Below are positions 52,684-62,853 of a DNA stretch of 64,000 nt, piece by piece (the first letter of the stretch is position 1; each line of letters opens with the position of its first letter). The notes beneath the pieces were generated by a model. The model searched no databases. It was not told where the DNA came from and was given only the letters and a program-made list of their open reading frames with translations. The stretch covers positions 54,336 through 118,335 of the forward strand of contig CAMKAJ010000001.1 of assembly GCA_946410455.1 (NCBI GenBank), written 5' to 3'. The position numbers were made by a program, and so were the translations under genes. The stretch is from an uncultured Bacteroidales bacterium. GTDB taxonomy: Bacteria > Bacteroidota > Bacteroidia > Bacteroidales > UBA932.

Positions 52684-55600
52684 TTAGAAGGTTACGTTCA
52701 ATGCAAGGTTGTAGGTCTTTACGAGAGGATAACTACCCTTGGAGGTGTCAGACAGGGCTTCCGGGTCCTGAAGAGTCATGGGAGACAATGTAAATAGGTT
52801 GTATCCCGTAAACATGAGGCTCAGGGCGCGGATTCCCAGGGTCTCCATGAGTTTACCCCTTGAGAAGGTATAACCGAAGCTGGCGCTCTTCAGACGCACA
52901 TAACTTGCATCTTGTACTGTAAGAGAAGACAGATATGAGTTCCATTCGTAATTGGTATGCGTAAAACGCGGCAGGGTGCCGTCTTCGCGGCCGGGAACCC
53001 ATGGATTGTCGTTGTCTATCCAGCAATTGTCGGCAAGGTACTGAAGCAGGCCTCGGCCGTGGGAAGAGCTGGTAAAAGGTACGTAGTAGTCGGAGAACAA
53101 CTTACGGTTTACGTTGGTAGCTCCAACCCAGTTGAGGGTGAGGTTGAACCCCTTCCATCCAAACTTCCAGTTAGAACCTATCACATATTCGGGACGGTCG
53201 GGGTAACCGTTGTAACGCCAGTCGTTTCCGTCTATGATATGGTCTCCGTTAAGGTCGGCGTACATTGCATCTCCGGGATAGACTGTCTGGTTGGGCTGAG
53301 GAAGCTCGGGTTTGAGCCTCTGTATGCCGTTCTCGTCGATGTAGAAGTCGCTCTTCTGGTACAGACGCACGTACTCGTACATTTTGTAGCGGTGTGTAGA
53401 GCCGCCTGTCTGCTTCTGATACTCGTAGAGAGGTTCTACTTCGTCCATGTTGATAATCTTGTTGCGGGCGAAGGTTATGTTGGCGTTGAGGTCGTAGGTG
53501 AAGTCACCGATATGGTCGCGCCAACCGAGTTCGATTTCGTAACCGTTGTTTTCAACCTCTCCGAGGTTCATGTTTGGGAGATTGATGGCAATGATGGTAG
53601 GGAGCGAAGTAGGGGAAACCAGAATTCCCGAGCGATACTCGTGGAAAAGGTCTCCGGAGAAGTGGAGCCGTTTGTTGAAGAACTCGAAGTCCACACCCAC
53701 GTTGCTCTTTACGGAGGTTTCCCAGGTAACGGTGCTGTTGCCTATTGTGCCCTGCTCGTAGCGGGGAACTCCGCCGGAGTTGGTGTTGCCGAAGTAGTAA
53801 GAACCGGCGTCGTTCCAGGTGCCTTCCATATACATGAATCGGTTGTCACCTATATCGTTACCAACCTTTCCTATGGAACCTCTGAGCTTGAGGTAGTCTA
53901 TCCAGGTCGCCTTCTTCATCCAAGGTTCCTCGCTGATTACCCAACCCAGGGAGAGCGAAGGGAAGAAGCCGTAACGGGTCTTGCCGGGAGCGAAGTTCTC
54001 GGAGCCGTTGTATCCGGCGCTCACGTCTATGAGGTACTTGTCTTTGTAACCGTATGTTGCACGGCCCACGAATCCCACGTAACCGCGCGGCAGCCAGCTG
54101 AACTTGCTGGGATAGTAGTCGCGGCTCTGGTTGTAGAGCAGCAGTCCGCTAACGGCATGCTTGCCTGCGAACTTGCGGTTGTAGTCTACTCGTCCTTCCA
54201 GGTACCAGGCCTTGTCGTCGTCGTGAGACTCAGAATAGCTCAGAGGAGTCCGTACGCCGGAGCCAAGGGTATAAACGATGGTACGGTCGAAGTCGGGATC
54301 GTTTGGATCCATAGTGGAGTCCAGCCACGATGCATAAGTTACCGTCTGGTGTATAGGGCCTCCTCCGGTATGTTTCTTGGTAATAGACATGGAGGTGTCG
54401 TAACTGCCCTTTACGCCCACGCTCAGGCCTTCTGTGAGGAAGTCCAGGCGCTGGGTGATGGTCATGTCCATGCCCAGGGTGGTCTTGTACTTATCTGTAT
54501 AACCTGTGTCGTAAAGGTAAGCGTAAGCATTCCAGGTGGTAAGGGCCGGAAGCACCTTATCTGCAACCGTGGTATAAGGGAATCCGTTGAGAATACCCGG
54601 TGAGGTAACAGGCGGCGTCCAGATGAGAGTCTTGAGCCAGATGTCGCTCTGGGTAGAGATAGGCTCATGCTGGTTGCCGATAACTCCGCTGATGTTGAAC
54701 TTCATGTCGGTGGTTTCCGTGAGCTTGAAGTCCAGGTTGGCGCGGTAGTTATAACGGTTGTAGGAGTAGTTGTTGTCGTATTCCAGACCGGGCATCTGCT
54801 TGAGCAGACCGTTCTGGAACATGTAACCCATTGATACAAAGTAACGTACTTTGTCTGAACCGCCGGAGATGTTGATGTTGTTCTTGGTCTGCATGAAGGC
54901 CTTGCGGAACATCACCTCGTTCATGCGCACGTCGGGATACATAAGAGGGTCGGAGCCGGTGCGGTATGCCTCGATTGCTTCGTCCGAGAAGAAGTCGCTG
55001 AAACCGTCGTTCCACTTCCAGACGTTGAAGTAGCGGGCAAAGTCGTAGCTGGAGACCTGTGTTACATAAGCCAGAGGCACCTGCAGACCAGTGATGGAGC
55101 TTGCAGAAATCTTTGGCTTGCCGGCGTCGCCACGCTTGGTGGTCACGATAATCACACCGTTGGCGCCTCGCACACCGAACACTGCCGTGGAGGCTGCGTC
55201 CTTAAGCACGGAGAGGCTTTCGATTTCGTTGGGGTCTACGGTGTTGAGCGGACGCTCCACGCCATCTACCAGAATAAGGGGAGTAGAGGCACTCTCGTTG
55301 AGCGAACTCACACCACGGATGTAAATCTTGGCGTAGTCGTCACCGGGCTGTCCGGTCTCCTGAACGGTTGACACACCGGGCATCTGGCCGGCGAGCACGT
55401 TGGTGACGTCGGCCACAGGCGCCTTTACGAGAGCCTTGGAGTCGATGGTGGTAAGGGCTCCAGTAACGGTTGCCTTTCTCTGAGTACCGTAGGCCACCAC
55501 TACGGTAGCCTCGAGCGACTCGGAGTCCTCATCGAGAATAATTACCAGATCGCGCTGTTTGCCCACCTTCACTTCTTTTGCTGTGTAGCCGAGCGAAACG

Positions 55601-55848
55601 GCGACCAGTACGGTATTTTCGTCAGGGACGGTCATGGAGAACTCTCCGTCCAGTCCCGTTGCGACGCCGGTAGTCGTGCCCTTGATGGTCACGCCTGCAC
55701 CGATTACCGGCAGCGACTGGTTGTCCAGAACCTTGCCTTTCACGGTGAAGCCTCGGGACTGCGCAAATGCGCCCCCGCTGCCCGTCAGGCACAGTACCGT
55801 GCAGACCAGTGCGGCCAGCGTTGAGAATCGTACTGCTTTAAGTTTCAT
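52684..55848 (-). CDS. susC: SusC/RagA TonB-dependent transporter
   Basis: VVVAYGTQ, VLKDAASTAVFGVRGANGVIIVTTKRG, VTWETS, DASYVRLKS. Confidence 0.95.
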   Translation of the reverse strand: MKLKAVRFSTLAALVCTVLCLTGSGGAFAQSRGFTVKGKVLDNQSLPVIGAGVTIKGTTTGVATGLDGEFSMTVPDENTVLVAVSLGYTAKEVKVGKQRDLVIILDEDSESLEATVVVAYGTQRKATVTGALTTIDSKALVKAPVADVTNVLAGQMPGVSTVQETGQPGDDYAKIYIRGVSSLNESASTPLILVDGVERPLNTVDPNEIESLSVLKDAASTAVFGVRGANGVIIVTTKRGDAGKPKISASSITGLQVPLAYVTQVSSYDFARYFNVWKWNDGFSDFFSDEAIEAYRTGSDPLMYPDVRMNEVMFRKAFMQTKNNINISGGSDKVRYFVSMGYMFQNGLLKQMPGLEYDNNYSYNRYNYRANLDFKLTETTDMKFNISGVIGNQHEPISTQSDIWLKTLIWTPPVTSPGILNGFPYTTVADKVLPALTTWNAYAYLYDTGYTDKYKTTLGMDMTITQRLDFLTEGLSVGVKGSYDTSMSITKKHTGGGPIHQTVTYASWLDSTMDPNDPDFDRTIVYTLGSGVRTPLSYSESHDDDKAWYLEGRVDYNRKFAGKHAVSGLLLYNQSRDYYPSKFSWLPRGYVGFVGRATYGYKDKYLIDVSAGYNGSENFAPGKTRYGFFPSLSLGWVISEEPWMKKATWIDYLKLRGSIGKVGNDIGDNRFMYMEGTWNDAGSYYFGNTNSGGVPRYEQGTIGNSTVTWETSVKSNVGVDFEFFNKRLHFSGDLFHEYRSGILVSPTSLPTIIAINLPNMNLGEVENNGYEIELGWRDHIGDFTYDLNANITFARNKIINMDEVEPLYEYQKQTGGSTHRYKMYEYVRLYQKSDFYIDENGIQRLKPELPQPNQTVYPGDAMYADLNGDHIIDGNDWRYNGYPDRPEYVIGSNWKFGWKGFNLTLNWVGATNVNRKLFSDYYVPFTSSSHGRGLLQYLADNCWIDNDNPWVPGREDGTLPRFTHTNYEWNSYLSSLTVQDASYVRLKSASFGYTFSRGKLMETLGIRALSLMFTGYNLFTLSPMTLQDPEALSDTSKGSYPLVKTYNLALNVTF

Positions 55849-55881
55849 GTTGAATAGTTAATGGTTAGTATTATTAGATAT

Positions 55882-57114
55882 TTATTGTAAAACGGTATCT
55901 TTTCCGTAGAGCACTCTTACCAGGGACTTGATGAGGGAACGCTCTGCGTCGTCGTAGCGGTATTCCCAGAACATTCCGCCGAGTTCTCCGTCGGTCTTGA
56001 TGTATTCACCCTTTGCAGTTACAGACTCTGTGTCGTCGTAAGAGAGCACGTTCACTCCGCCAGCATCTACCAGATAGGGCACCTTAGAAGTCTCTTCCCA
56101 TCTTCTGTAAACGGGGCGGGCCAGCTTTTTGCCTTTGTAGGTACCCTTTACAAGGATGTCGTTTATCTCGTTGTACTTAACGGAGTAATCGAAAATCTTC
56201 TCTGCAGCGGAGGGGTCTTTCTTTGCCTTGCCGTAGCAGGGGATACCCATCACCTGGCGGTTTTTGGGCACGCCGCCTTTTACGTGGGCCGCTACGCTCT
56301 CGTCCCAGCTGCGCTGGTTGAACATGGCGCTCTTGTGCAGGGGCGAGTTGTGCCCGTTGGGCGCGGCCCCCATGTCGTAGGTCATCACGTTCACGTAGTC
56401 CATGTATTGCATTGCGGTCTTCCAATCTACGTACTTGGCGCTGGAAGAGGATGCAAAGGAGATTATCTTATCTGTGCCCAGAGTTTCACGTAACTCCTTG
56501 AGTACCAGGTTGAAATTCTGAGTATCGGAAGGGTCGCAGCCGGTTTCTCCGTCGGCGCTCTGGGTAGGGTACTCCCAGTCTATATCTACGCCGTCGAGCT
56601 TGTGATAGTCCAGAAGTTCCTTCACCGACTGGCAGAACGCAGTGCGCTTGGCGGCGTCGCGGGCCATCATGGAGAAGCCGTCAGCGTGGCCTCCCCAACC
56701 GCCTATCATCAGACAGACTTTGAGTTTGGGGTTTACGCTCTTGAGGGCTACCACCTTGCTTATTGGGGCCTTCTCAGATTCGGTTATCACTATTCCGCCG
56801 TCGCCGGTAGAAGGATTGCCGAAGCGGCCGTGGGCGTAATTGATGTGGGTTAAAATGCTAGGGTCGGGCAGCTCTGTGTTGTACTCGGTAAAGTAGGTGA
56901 GTACAATAGGAGTCTGACCAATATCGGTGCAAGGGAATTCGGCTTTCCCGGTATCAGGTTTTTCTTCCCCGCCTTCACCTTCTCCGCCCTGCTGCTCGTC
57001 TCCGCCTCCGGAGGGGGGTGGCGGTGGCACTACAGAACCTCCGTTACTTTCTTTGTCGCAGGCTCCTATGGCCAGGAATGCAGCGCAGAGCAATATACTG
57101 AGTTTCTTTATCAT
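55882..57114 (-). CDS. GH18 chitinase-like lipoprotein
   Basis: GAC lipobox, P/G/E linker, MIGGWG, LDGVDIDWEYP, VMTYD. Confidence 0.9.
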   Translation of the reverse strand: MIKKLSILLCAAFLAIGACDKESNGGSVVPPPPPSGGGDEQQGGEGEGGEEKPDTGKAEFPCTDIGQTPIVLTYFTEYNTELPDPSILTHINYAHGRFGNPSTGDGGIVITESEKAPISKVVALKSVNPKLKVCLMIGGWGGHADGFSMMARDAAKRTAFCQSVKELLDYHKLDGVDIDWEYPTQSADGETGCDPSDTQNFNLVLKELRETLGTDKIISFASSSSAKYVDWKTAMQYMDYVNVMTYDMGAAPNGHNSPLHKSAMFNQRSWDESVAAHVKGGVPKNRQVMGIPCYGKAKKDPSAAEKIFDYSVKYNEINDILVKGTYKGKKLARPVYRRWEETSKVPYLVDAGGVNVLSYDDTESVTAKGEYIKTDGELGGMFWEYRYDDAERSLIKSLVRVLYGKDTVLQ

Positions 57115-59261
57115 AGACTAATGGGTTTTATTGTTCTCCATTCCTCTTCGCCTGCACGGCGTATTGCTACGTCGGTCTTGTTGCGGAGGTCGTTCCAGCC
57201 GCCCACCACATTGAAGATAAATACCGCCTTGACCTTGTGGATTCCGGCTTCGAGCGCCAGCTCAGTGTCGTTGCGCGAATAGCGCTTTACGGGCTCGCGA
57301 GAGTTATCTATAATGAGCTTGCCGTCGATATACACGGCATCTGTATCAGAAGAGAATCGGTAAACGCCAGTCTTGCGCACCTTGAAGCAGCACTCTGCTT
57401 CGGCTGCGTAGAAGCGTGTGGAGTCTGGCAGGTTGCGGTTGTACGGCTCCAGGGTTACCAGGTCGCGCAGGCGCCCCAGAGGATTCTGGAGTTCTACCCA
57501 ATTGCAACCCTCCAAATCACCGATAGTCAGGAACTTGCCATCTGTGCGGCGGGCCTTGATTCCGGAGAACACATCGGACTCCGACATTGCCGCCATGGGC
57601 TGCATCTTATTTATATTTATGGTACGTACGTTGCTCAGGCGGCCGTAGGATGTAACGGACGCGGTCTTGAGCACTGCGCTATCGGTAAAAATGAGCGGCT
57701 CCTTGTATTCAGCCGATGCTGCGGTGGGCTCGCTGCCGTCCAGGGTATAAACTATGCGCTCCGGGCGGGTGGTGCAGAGTTCTACGCTGGTCTTGTCTAT
57801 GAGGGCCAGATTGCTGCACGATCCGCCTGGCTGCTCGGGCAGTGGAATATGGTACACGATGCCGCGCTCGTCGAGCCTCTGGCATGCAGAATCTACGCGC
57901 CTGCTGAAGCTCTCCCAGTTCTTGCGCTCCAGCGGTGTCCATGCAATCTCTGCAAGGGCGAATGCACGCGGGAAGAGCATGTATTCGCGCTGCCATGGCT
58001 CGTACATATACTCCGACCAATTGTTGCACTGCACGCCCAGTACGTGGTGGGCCTTGCCGTTCTTGAGGAGCTCCGAGGGTACCGGATTGTAGTTATAGAC
58101 CGTTTCCAGCAGGGTGTAGTGCCCGATGGTGTGCGGCTCCGCTTTGGGGTCGCCCTGGAAGGCGTCGAAGTACATGCCTCCGCTGCTCGGGGTCATGATT
58201 ACGTCGTGCCCGTCGGCCGCCGACTTTATTCCACCCTCTTCGCCTCTCCAGCTCATCACGGTGGCGTTGGGGCTCAGGCCGCCCTCAAGAATCTCGTCCC
58301 AGCCTATAAGTTTGCGTCCGTACTTGGCAAGAATGCCCTCCATGCGGTGTACGGCATAGCTTTGCAGCTTCTCCTCCGCCGTGCCCTTCTCGTCTTTGGT
58401 TAGACCGAGTTCTGTGATGCGTGCCTGGCAGTGAGGACAGTTTTCCCAGCGGTTCTTGCGGCATTCGTCGCCACCTATATGTATATACTCGCTGGGGAAG
58501 AGCTCCACCACCTCGGAAATCACGTCGTCAAGGAACTCGAAGGTGGAATCTTTACCCACGCACAGAGCTATGTCCGGGGTGCCCCAGGTGTAGAAGGTCT
58601 TCACCTCCTCGCCGGTGCAGCTGAGCCACGGGTAAGCGCGGATAGCCGATATGGCATGGCCCGGCATTTCGATTTCGGGGACAACGGTTACGAAGCGCTC
58701 TGCCGCATAAGCCACCACCTCGCGAATCTGCTCCTGGGTGTAGTATCCGCCGTGCACGCTGCCGTCAAACTCCGTGCGCCATGCTGCAACCTCCATGAGT
58801 TTGGGATACTTCTTGATTTCTATGCGCCAGCCCTGGTCGTCGGTGAGGTGCCAGTGCATGCGGTTGATTTTGTACTGGCACAGCACGTCAATCTGCTTCT
58901 TGACATCTTCTACAGACATAAAGTGGCGGCAGGGATCAAGATGGAAGCCGCGCCAACGGAACCTGGGGTAGTCGTTGATGACTACGCAGGGTACGGTACC
59001 GTCCGGCTGCACCAGCTGGGCGAGGGTCTGCCTGGCGTAGAATGCGCCGGCCTCGTCGGAAGAGAGAATCTTTACTCCCTTGCGGCTGACACTCAGCCTG
59101 TACCCTTCGGGAGCTATCCCCGAGGCCGGGTCTATCTTGCATTGTACGCGGTTTGGATGCTTGGATATATCAAAGCAGCCATCCTGAACCTGTACGGATA
59201 CGGGTTCAGGAATGATGTTGATGAGGGCAGTAGCCAGAAGTGTAATCAAGAGCTTCATCAT
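57111..59261 (-). CDS. GH20 beta-N-acetylhexosaminidase with C-terminal PA14-like domain
   Basis: DYPRFRWRGFHLD, HWHLTDDQGWR, PEIEMPGH, HIGGDE, WDE. Confidence 0.93.
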   Translation of the reverse strand: MMKLLITLLATALINIIPEPVSVQVQDGCFDISKHPNRVQCKIDPASGIAPEGYRLSVSRKGVKILSSDEAGAFYARQTLAQLVQPDGTVPCVVINDYPRFRWRGFHLDPCRHFMSVEDVKKQIDVLCQYKINRMHWHLTDDQGWRIEIKKYPKLMEVAAWRTEFDGSVHGGYYTQEQIREVVAYAAERFVTVVPEIEMPGHAISAIRAYPWLSCTGEEVKTFYTWGTPDIALCVGKDSTFEFLDDVISEVVELFPSEYIHIGGDECRKNRWENCPHCQARITELGLTKDEKGTAEEKLQSYAVHRMEGILAKYGRKLIGWDEILEGGLSPNATVMSWRGEEGGIKSAADGHDVIMTPSSGGMYFDAFQGDPKAEPHTIGHYTLLETVYNYNPVPSELLKNGKAHHVLGVQCNNWSEYMYEPWQREYMLFPRAFALAEIAWTPLERKNWESFSRRVDSACQRLDERGIVYHIPLPEQPGGSCSNLALIDKTSVELCTTRPERIVYTLDGSEPTAASAEYKEPLIFTDSAVLKTASVTSYGRLSNVRTININKMQPMAAMSESDVFSGIKARRTDGKFLTIGDLEGCNWVELQNPLGRLRDLVTLEPYNRNLPDSTRFYAAEAECCFKVRKTGVYRFSSDTDAVYIDGKLIIDNSREPVKRYSRNDTELALEAGIHKVKAVFIFNVVGGWNDLRNKTDVAIRRAGEEEWRTIKPISL

Positions 59262-62200
59262 TTAATGTATTTAAGAACCAGTTGACCTATCTCCGCGTTT
59301 TCATGTATGCCTGCAAAGTCTTCTGCATGAGGACCGTACGCATATACCGGCACAAGTATTCCGTTATGCCCCTTGCTAGAGAAGTTCACCTGCACAGTGC
59401 GCTCCTCAAGGCTACCCTTGAGCAGGGTGAGGCCTCCGCAGGCGTGGTCGGCCGTCACAACTACGAGGGTCTGCCCGTCTTTCTCTGCCCATTTGAGCAC
59501 TTCGCCTACGGTGCGGTCGAAGTCGAAGAGTTCCTCCACCACCTGGCCTATCTTGTGACGATGCCCGTAATCGTCTATCTGCGAGCCTTCTACCATGAGG
59601 AAGAAACCTTTGGGGTTGTCGAGCATCTCTATGGCCTTCATGGTGCATTCCTGGAGTACGGGGCCGCGCTCTGTGCACGGAGGCAGGTCCAGGGGACCGA
59701 ATAAGCCCAGGAACTTGTCGCCGCGAGCGCCGCGAATGTCTTCCAACTTATCTACGAAGGTGTAGCCCTTCCCTTGCATCTCGCTTACGAGGTTGCGGCC
59801 GTCGGAACGGGAGGTCCAGAACTGCAGGCCGCCGCCGGCAATGAAATCTACGCCCGAATCTATATATTGGGCAGCAAGGCCTTCCTCGTCACGTACGGTG
59901 GGGGAGTGGCCGCAGAAGTCGGCGGGCGTGGCGTCATTGATGCGGCAGACCACGGCAACGCCTGTCTTCTTGCCCTTTTTCTGTGCCGCCTTGAGAGTGG
60001 ATTCTGCCGGGTTGCCGTCCTTATCCAGGCCTATGTAGCGGTATCTTGTCTTCTCTCCGATAGCCAGCGCAGTGCCTCCGGCGCAGGAATCGGTGATAAG
60101 GGCGTCATAAGCGTAGGTGCGTGAGGTGCCGAAGTAGGGCATCTGCTCCATGTTGAGTTTGCCACCGTTGCACACCCAGCCGCAGCTCACCTGCTCGAAG
60201 CCCATCCCGTCTCCTATCATGAAGATTATGTTCTTGACTTTCTTGCCTTTAGGCTGCTGCACGGATACTACATCGTAGGTCTCGTCCTTGGTGTACTGGT
60301 CGTCCTTGCTGAAGTTGTAGGTGGCAAAGCGCGAACGGTCGCGTGAGAGCGAGTCGGGCGAGTGCACCATCTCTGCACTGGCGTTCCACCCCTCCAGGGA
60401 GAGGACTGCGCTGCTGCATCCCTCGGGGAGGCGGCATTTGAGCGTCTTGCTTTCTCCGGGGCACAGAGTTACAAAGTTATCTGACCAGATGACGGCTGGT
60501 ATGAGCTGCCCGTCCTTGTCTTTGGCCTTGAGAATATTCTGATAGGCAATCACTTCGCTGTTGTTGCCCAGGCTCACCTCATAGCCTCCCTTCACGGCCT
60601 TGGTCTGCATGGAAAGCTGGGTAGCCGGAAGAGCAGACACGAAGTTCAGGTCGGGATACCTATTTATAGGGGTACCGCACCAGTCGGTCTTCTTCCAATT
60701 GTAGTCTGTATATTCTTCCGGGATGCAGTAGAAATTGTCGGCTATGCGCTTGCCGTCTTTGTCGAGCACTTCCAGGCTCACGAAGCAGGGGCCTTCAATG
60801 TTCTCAAACACCTTCCTGGGGCTGCGGCGGCGGAATTTCGCTACCGCAGCCTCGCTGCGGGTGAGCTTGCCGTCGGGGCCGTAAACCTTCATGCGTACGG
60901 GAAGCTCGCAGCCAGACACAGCGTCATCTACGCTGTAAACGCAGCGATCTTTGAAGTTATAGACAAGCTGCAGGGGAGCGCAGGCCTTCTTGGTGCCGTA
61001 GTAAGCGGCGGTGGGTACCATGTACCAGTCGTACAGCTGCCAGTAAAGCGAGGGCCATGCGGAATTCAGCATCCACTGTACAATTCCGGTGGTCTTATGC
61101 ACGTTGCAGCGGAATGCCTCGTACATTGCTCGGGTGCCGTCGTAATCTACTGCGTGGGCCTTGCGCATAAAGTCTTCTATGTTCTCCGGCTTGCCGTATT
61201 CGCCGCTCACCGTGCTCATTATCACGGAGGTGTTGTTCATGTGCGACGAGGAAGCGGTGCAATGGTAGTCCCACACTTCATCCAGCGGCCAGAGGTGATC
61301 GGCTCCAACCATGCGCCGCACAGATTCGAGCTGGGGAATGTTGGTGCCTATGCCGGTCTCTGTGTTGAAGCCGTAGGCTCCGCCGTGCTTGCGGTCCAGG
61401 TACCAGTAGTCAGGCGCTACATATTCGTAGGGCCCTTCCATCTTCATGCCCGACGGGCCTCCGAATTTGCTGCTCAGTCCCTTTGCAGAGCACACGTACG
61501 GGCGGTATTCCAGCTTCTCATACGCTTTCATGTACTCCTCTTCCAGCCTTGCGTTGGGGATGCGGTCGCTTCCGGTGAGCCAGCAGATCATGGCAGGATG
61601 GTTGCGCAGGCGCAGTATCTGGTCGTGGAAGTAGCGGGCTGCGAGCACCTCGGCCTCGGGCGTGTTGATGCAGCCGAAGCCTCTAACCTCGTCGTAGCCG
61701 CAGTAGTCTTTCCATTCCCACTGGCAGCTGAAGCCCATGATTACGAGGATGCCGAGCTCGTCGCAGCAGTCGTACACGTAGTCATCTTTGCCCCATACGT
61801 TCTCGAAGCGTATGCTGTTGAGGCCCATGTCTGCTACATATTCGACTTGTGCACGTATGCGATTGTGCGTGTCCTGCATGAAGATATCGTCTGTCCATCC
61901 GGCCGATTTCACGAGTACGTCGCGGCCGTTGAGAGTAAACTGGCGATGCCCTCTGTCGGTGATGCGTGAGCTTATATTGCGCAGGCCGAAGCGCACGCTC
62001 TTGCTGTGCGATACTTTGTCGCCTCCGCTCAGGAACGAGCTCTTGAGGGTGTACATTTCCGGCTTGCCCAGGTCGCGGCTCCACCAGATGCGGGGATGGC
62101 GAATCTCCTCAGTGAAGCTGAGCACCTTGGTCTCGCGGGGCGCAAGTTCTACATCCTTGCGATAGCCGCCTCCGTCGTAAACACCCTGCAATACGCCTTT

Positions 62201-62848
62201 GATTGATGAGTCTGAATGGTTTACCAGGGTGGTAACTACAGTGATAGACGCATGCTTGAGGTCTTCCGGATTCACCTCCGGCTTCACAAAAACGTCTTGC
62301 ACCTGCACGTCGGGCGTAGTGATGAGCTCCACCTTGCGCAGGATGCCCATGCTCTCGTCTACCGGCCTGGGGTTCCAGTCCACGTAGCCGTGGTTGAGGG
62401 ACTTGGCGGGAGCCTTGAACACGGTAACCTGCAGCTTGTTCTGCTTTTTGGCAAGTAACGTGGTTACATCGAATTCGCGAACGCAGAAAGGACCCACGGT
62501 AGTATCGGCAGCAGCGATTATGTTGCCGTTGAGCTTGATTTCGGCGGAATATCCTAGCGACTCAAATCGAAGCACGTGCTTCATCCCTTTAGCGGTAGGG
62601 AAGGTGGTGCTGAATACCCAGGGGCTGTCGAAGAGGCTCTTGTCTATGCTTTTGTAGTTGAGCCCTTCCAGAGCTTCGCCGTTGCACAGAACGCCGGCCT
62701 CGTTGAGGGCTCCGGCTACGGTGCAGGGGACGGTTACGTCGTAAGACTTGGCCTCGCCGCGGCGCTGCATCTTCCAGGAGCTGAGTTCCTGGGCCTGAGC
62801 TGCGAGGGCAAGGCAGAGTATTGAAATTATGCTGAGGAATCGTTTCAT
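59258..62848 (-). CDS. GH2 exo-beta-D-glucosaminidase-like enzyme fused to alkaline phosphatase
   Basis: WLTGSD, GPYEYVAPDYWY, GGAYGFNTE (CsxA-type); C-terminal IGDGMG, TDSCAGGTA, EGSQID, TADH, HNG. Confidence 0.85.
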   Translation of the reverse strand: MKRFLSIISILCLALAAQAQELSSWKMQRRGEAKSYDVTVPCTVAGALNEAGVLCNGEALEGLNYKSIDKSLFDSPWVFSTTFPTAKGMKHVLRFESLGYSAEIKLNGNIIAAADTTVGPFCVREFDVTTLLAKKQNKLQVTVFKAPAKSLNHGYVDWNPRPVDESMGILRKVELITTPDVQVQDVFVKPEVNPEDLKHASITVVTTLVNHSDSSIKGVLQGVYDGGGYRKDVELAPRETKVLSFTEEIRHPRIWWSRDLGKPEMYTLKSSFLSGGDKVSHSKSVRFGLRNISSRITDRGHRQFTLNGRDVLVKSAGWTDDIFMQDTHNRIRAQVEYVADMGLNSIRFENVWGKDDYVYDCCDELGILVIMGFSCQWEWKDYCGYDEVRGFGCINTPEAEVLAARYFHDQILRLRNHPAMICWLTGSDRIPNARLEEEYMKAYEKLEYRPYVCSAKGLSSKFGGPSGMKMEGPYEYVAPDYWYLDRKHGGAYGFNTETGIGTNIPQLESVRRMVGADHLWPLDEVWDYHCTASSSHMNNTSVIMSTVSGEYGKPENIEDFMRKAHAVDYDGTRAMYEAFRCNVHKTTGIVQWMLNSAWPSLYWQLYDWYMVPTAAYYGTKKACAPLQLVYNFKDRCVYSVDDAVSGCELPVRMKVYGPDGKLTRSEAAVAKFRRRSPRKVFENIEGPCFVSLEVLDKDGKRIADNFYCIPEEYTDYNWKKTDWCGTPINRYPDLNFVSALPATQLSMQTKAVKGGYEVSLGNNSEVIAYQNILKAKDKDGQLIPAVIWSDNFVTLCPGESKTLKCRLPEGCSSAVLSLEGWNASAEMVHSPDSLSRDRSRFATYNFSKDDQYTKDETYDVVSVQQPKGKKVKNIIFMIGDGMGFEQVSCGWVCNGGKLNMEQMPYFGTSRTYAYDALITDSCAGGTALAIGEKTRYRYIGLDKDGNPAESTLKAAQKKGKKTGVAVVCRINDATPADFCGHSPTVRDEEGLAAQYIDSGVDFIAGGGLQFWTSRSDGRNLVSEMQGKGYTFVDKLEDIRGARGDKFLGLFGPLDLPPCTERGPVLQECTMKAIEMLDNPKGFFLMVEGSQIDDYGHRHKIGQVVEELFDFDRTVGEVLKWAEKDGQTLVVVTADHACGGLTLLKGSLEERTVQVNFSSKGHNGILVPVYAYGPHAEDFAGIHENAEIGQLVLKYIK

Positions 62849-62853
62849 GGCTG

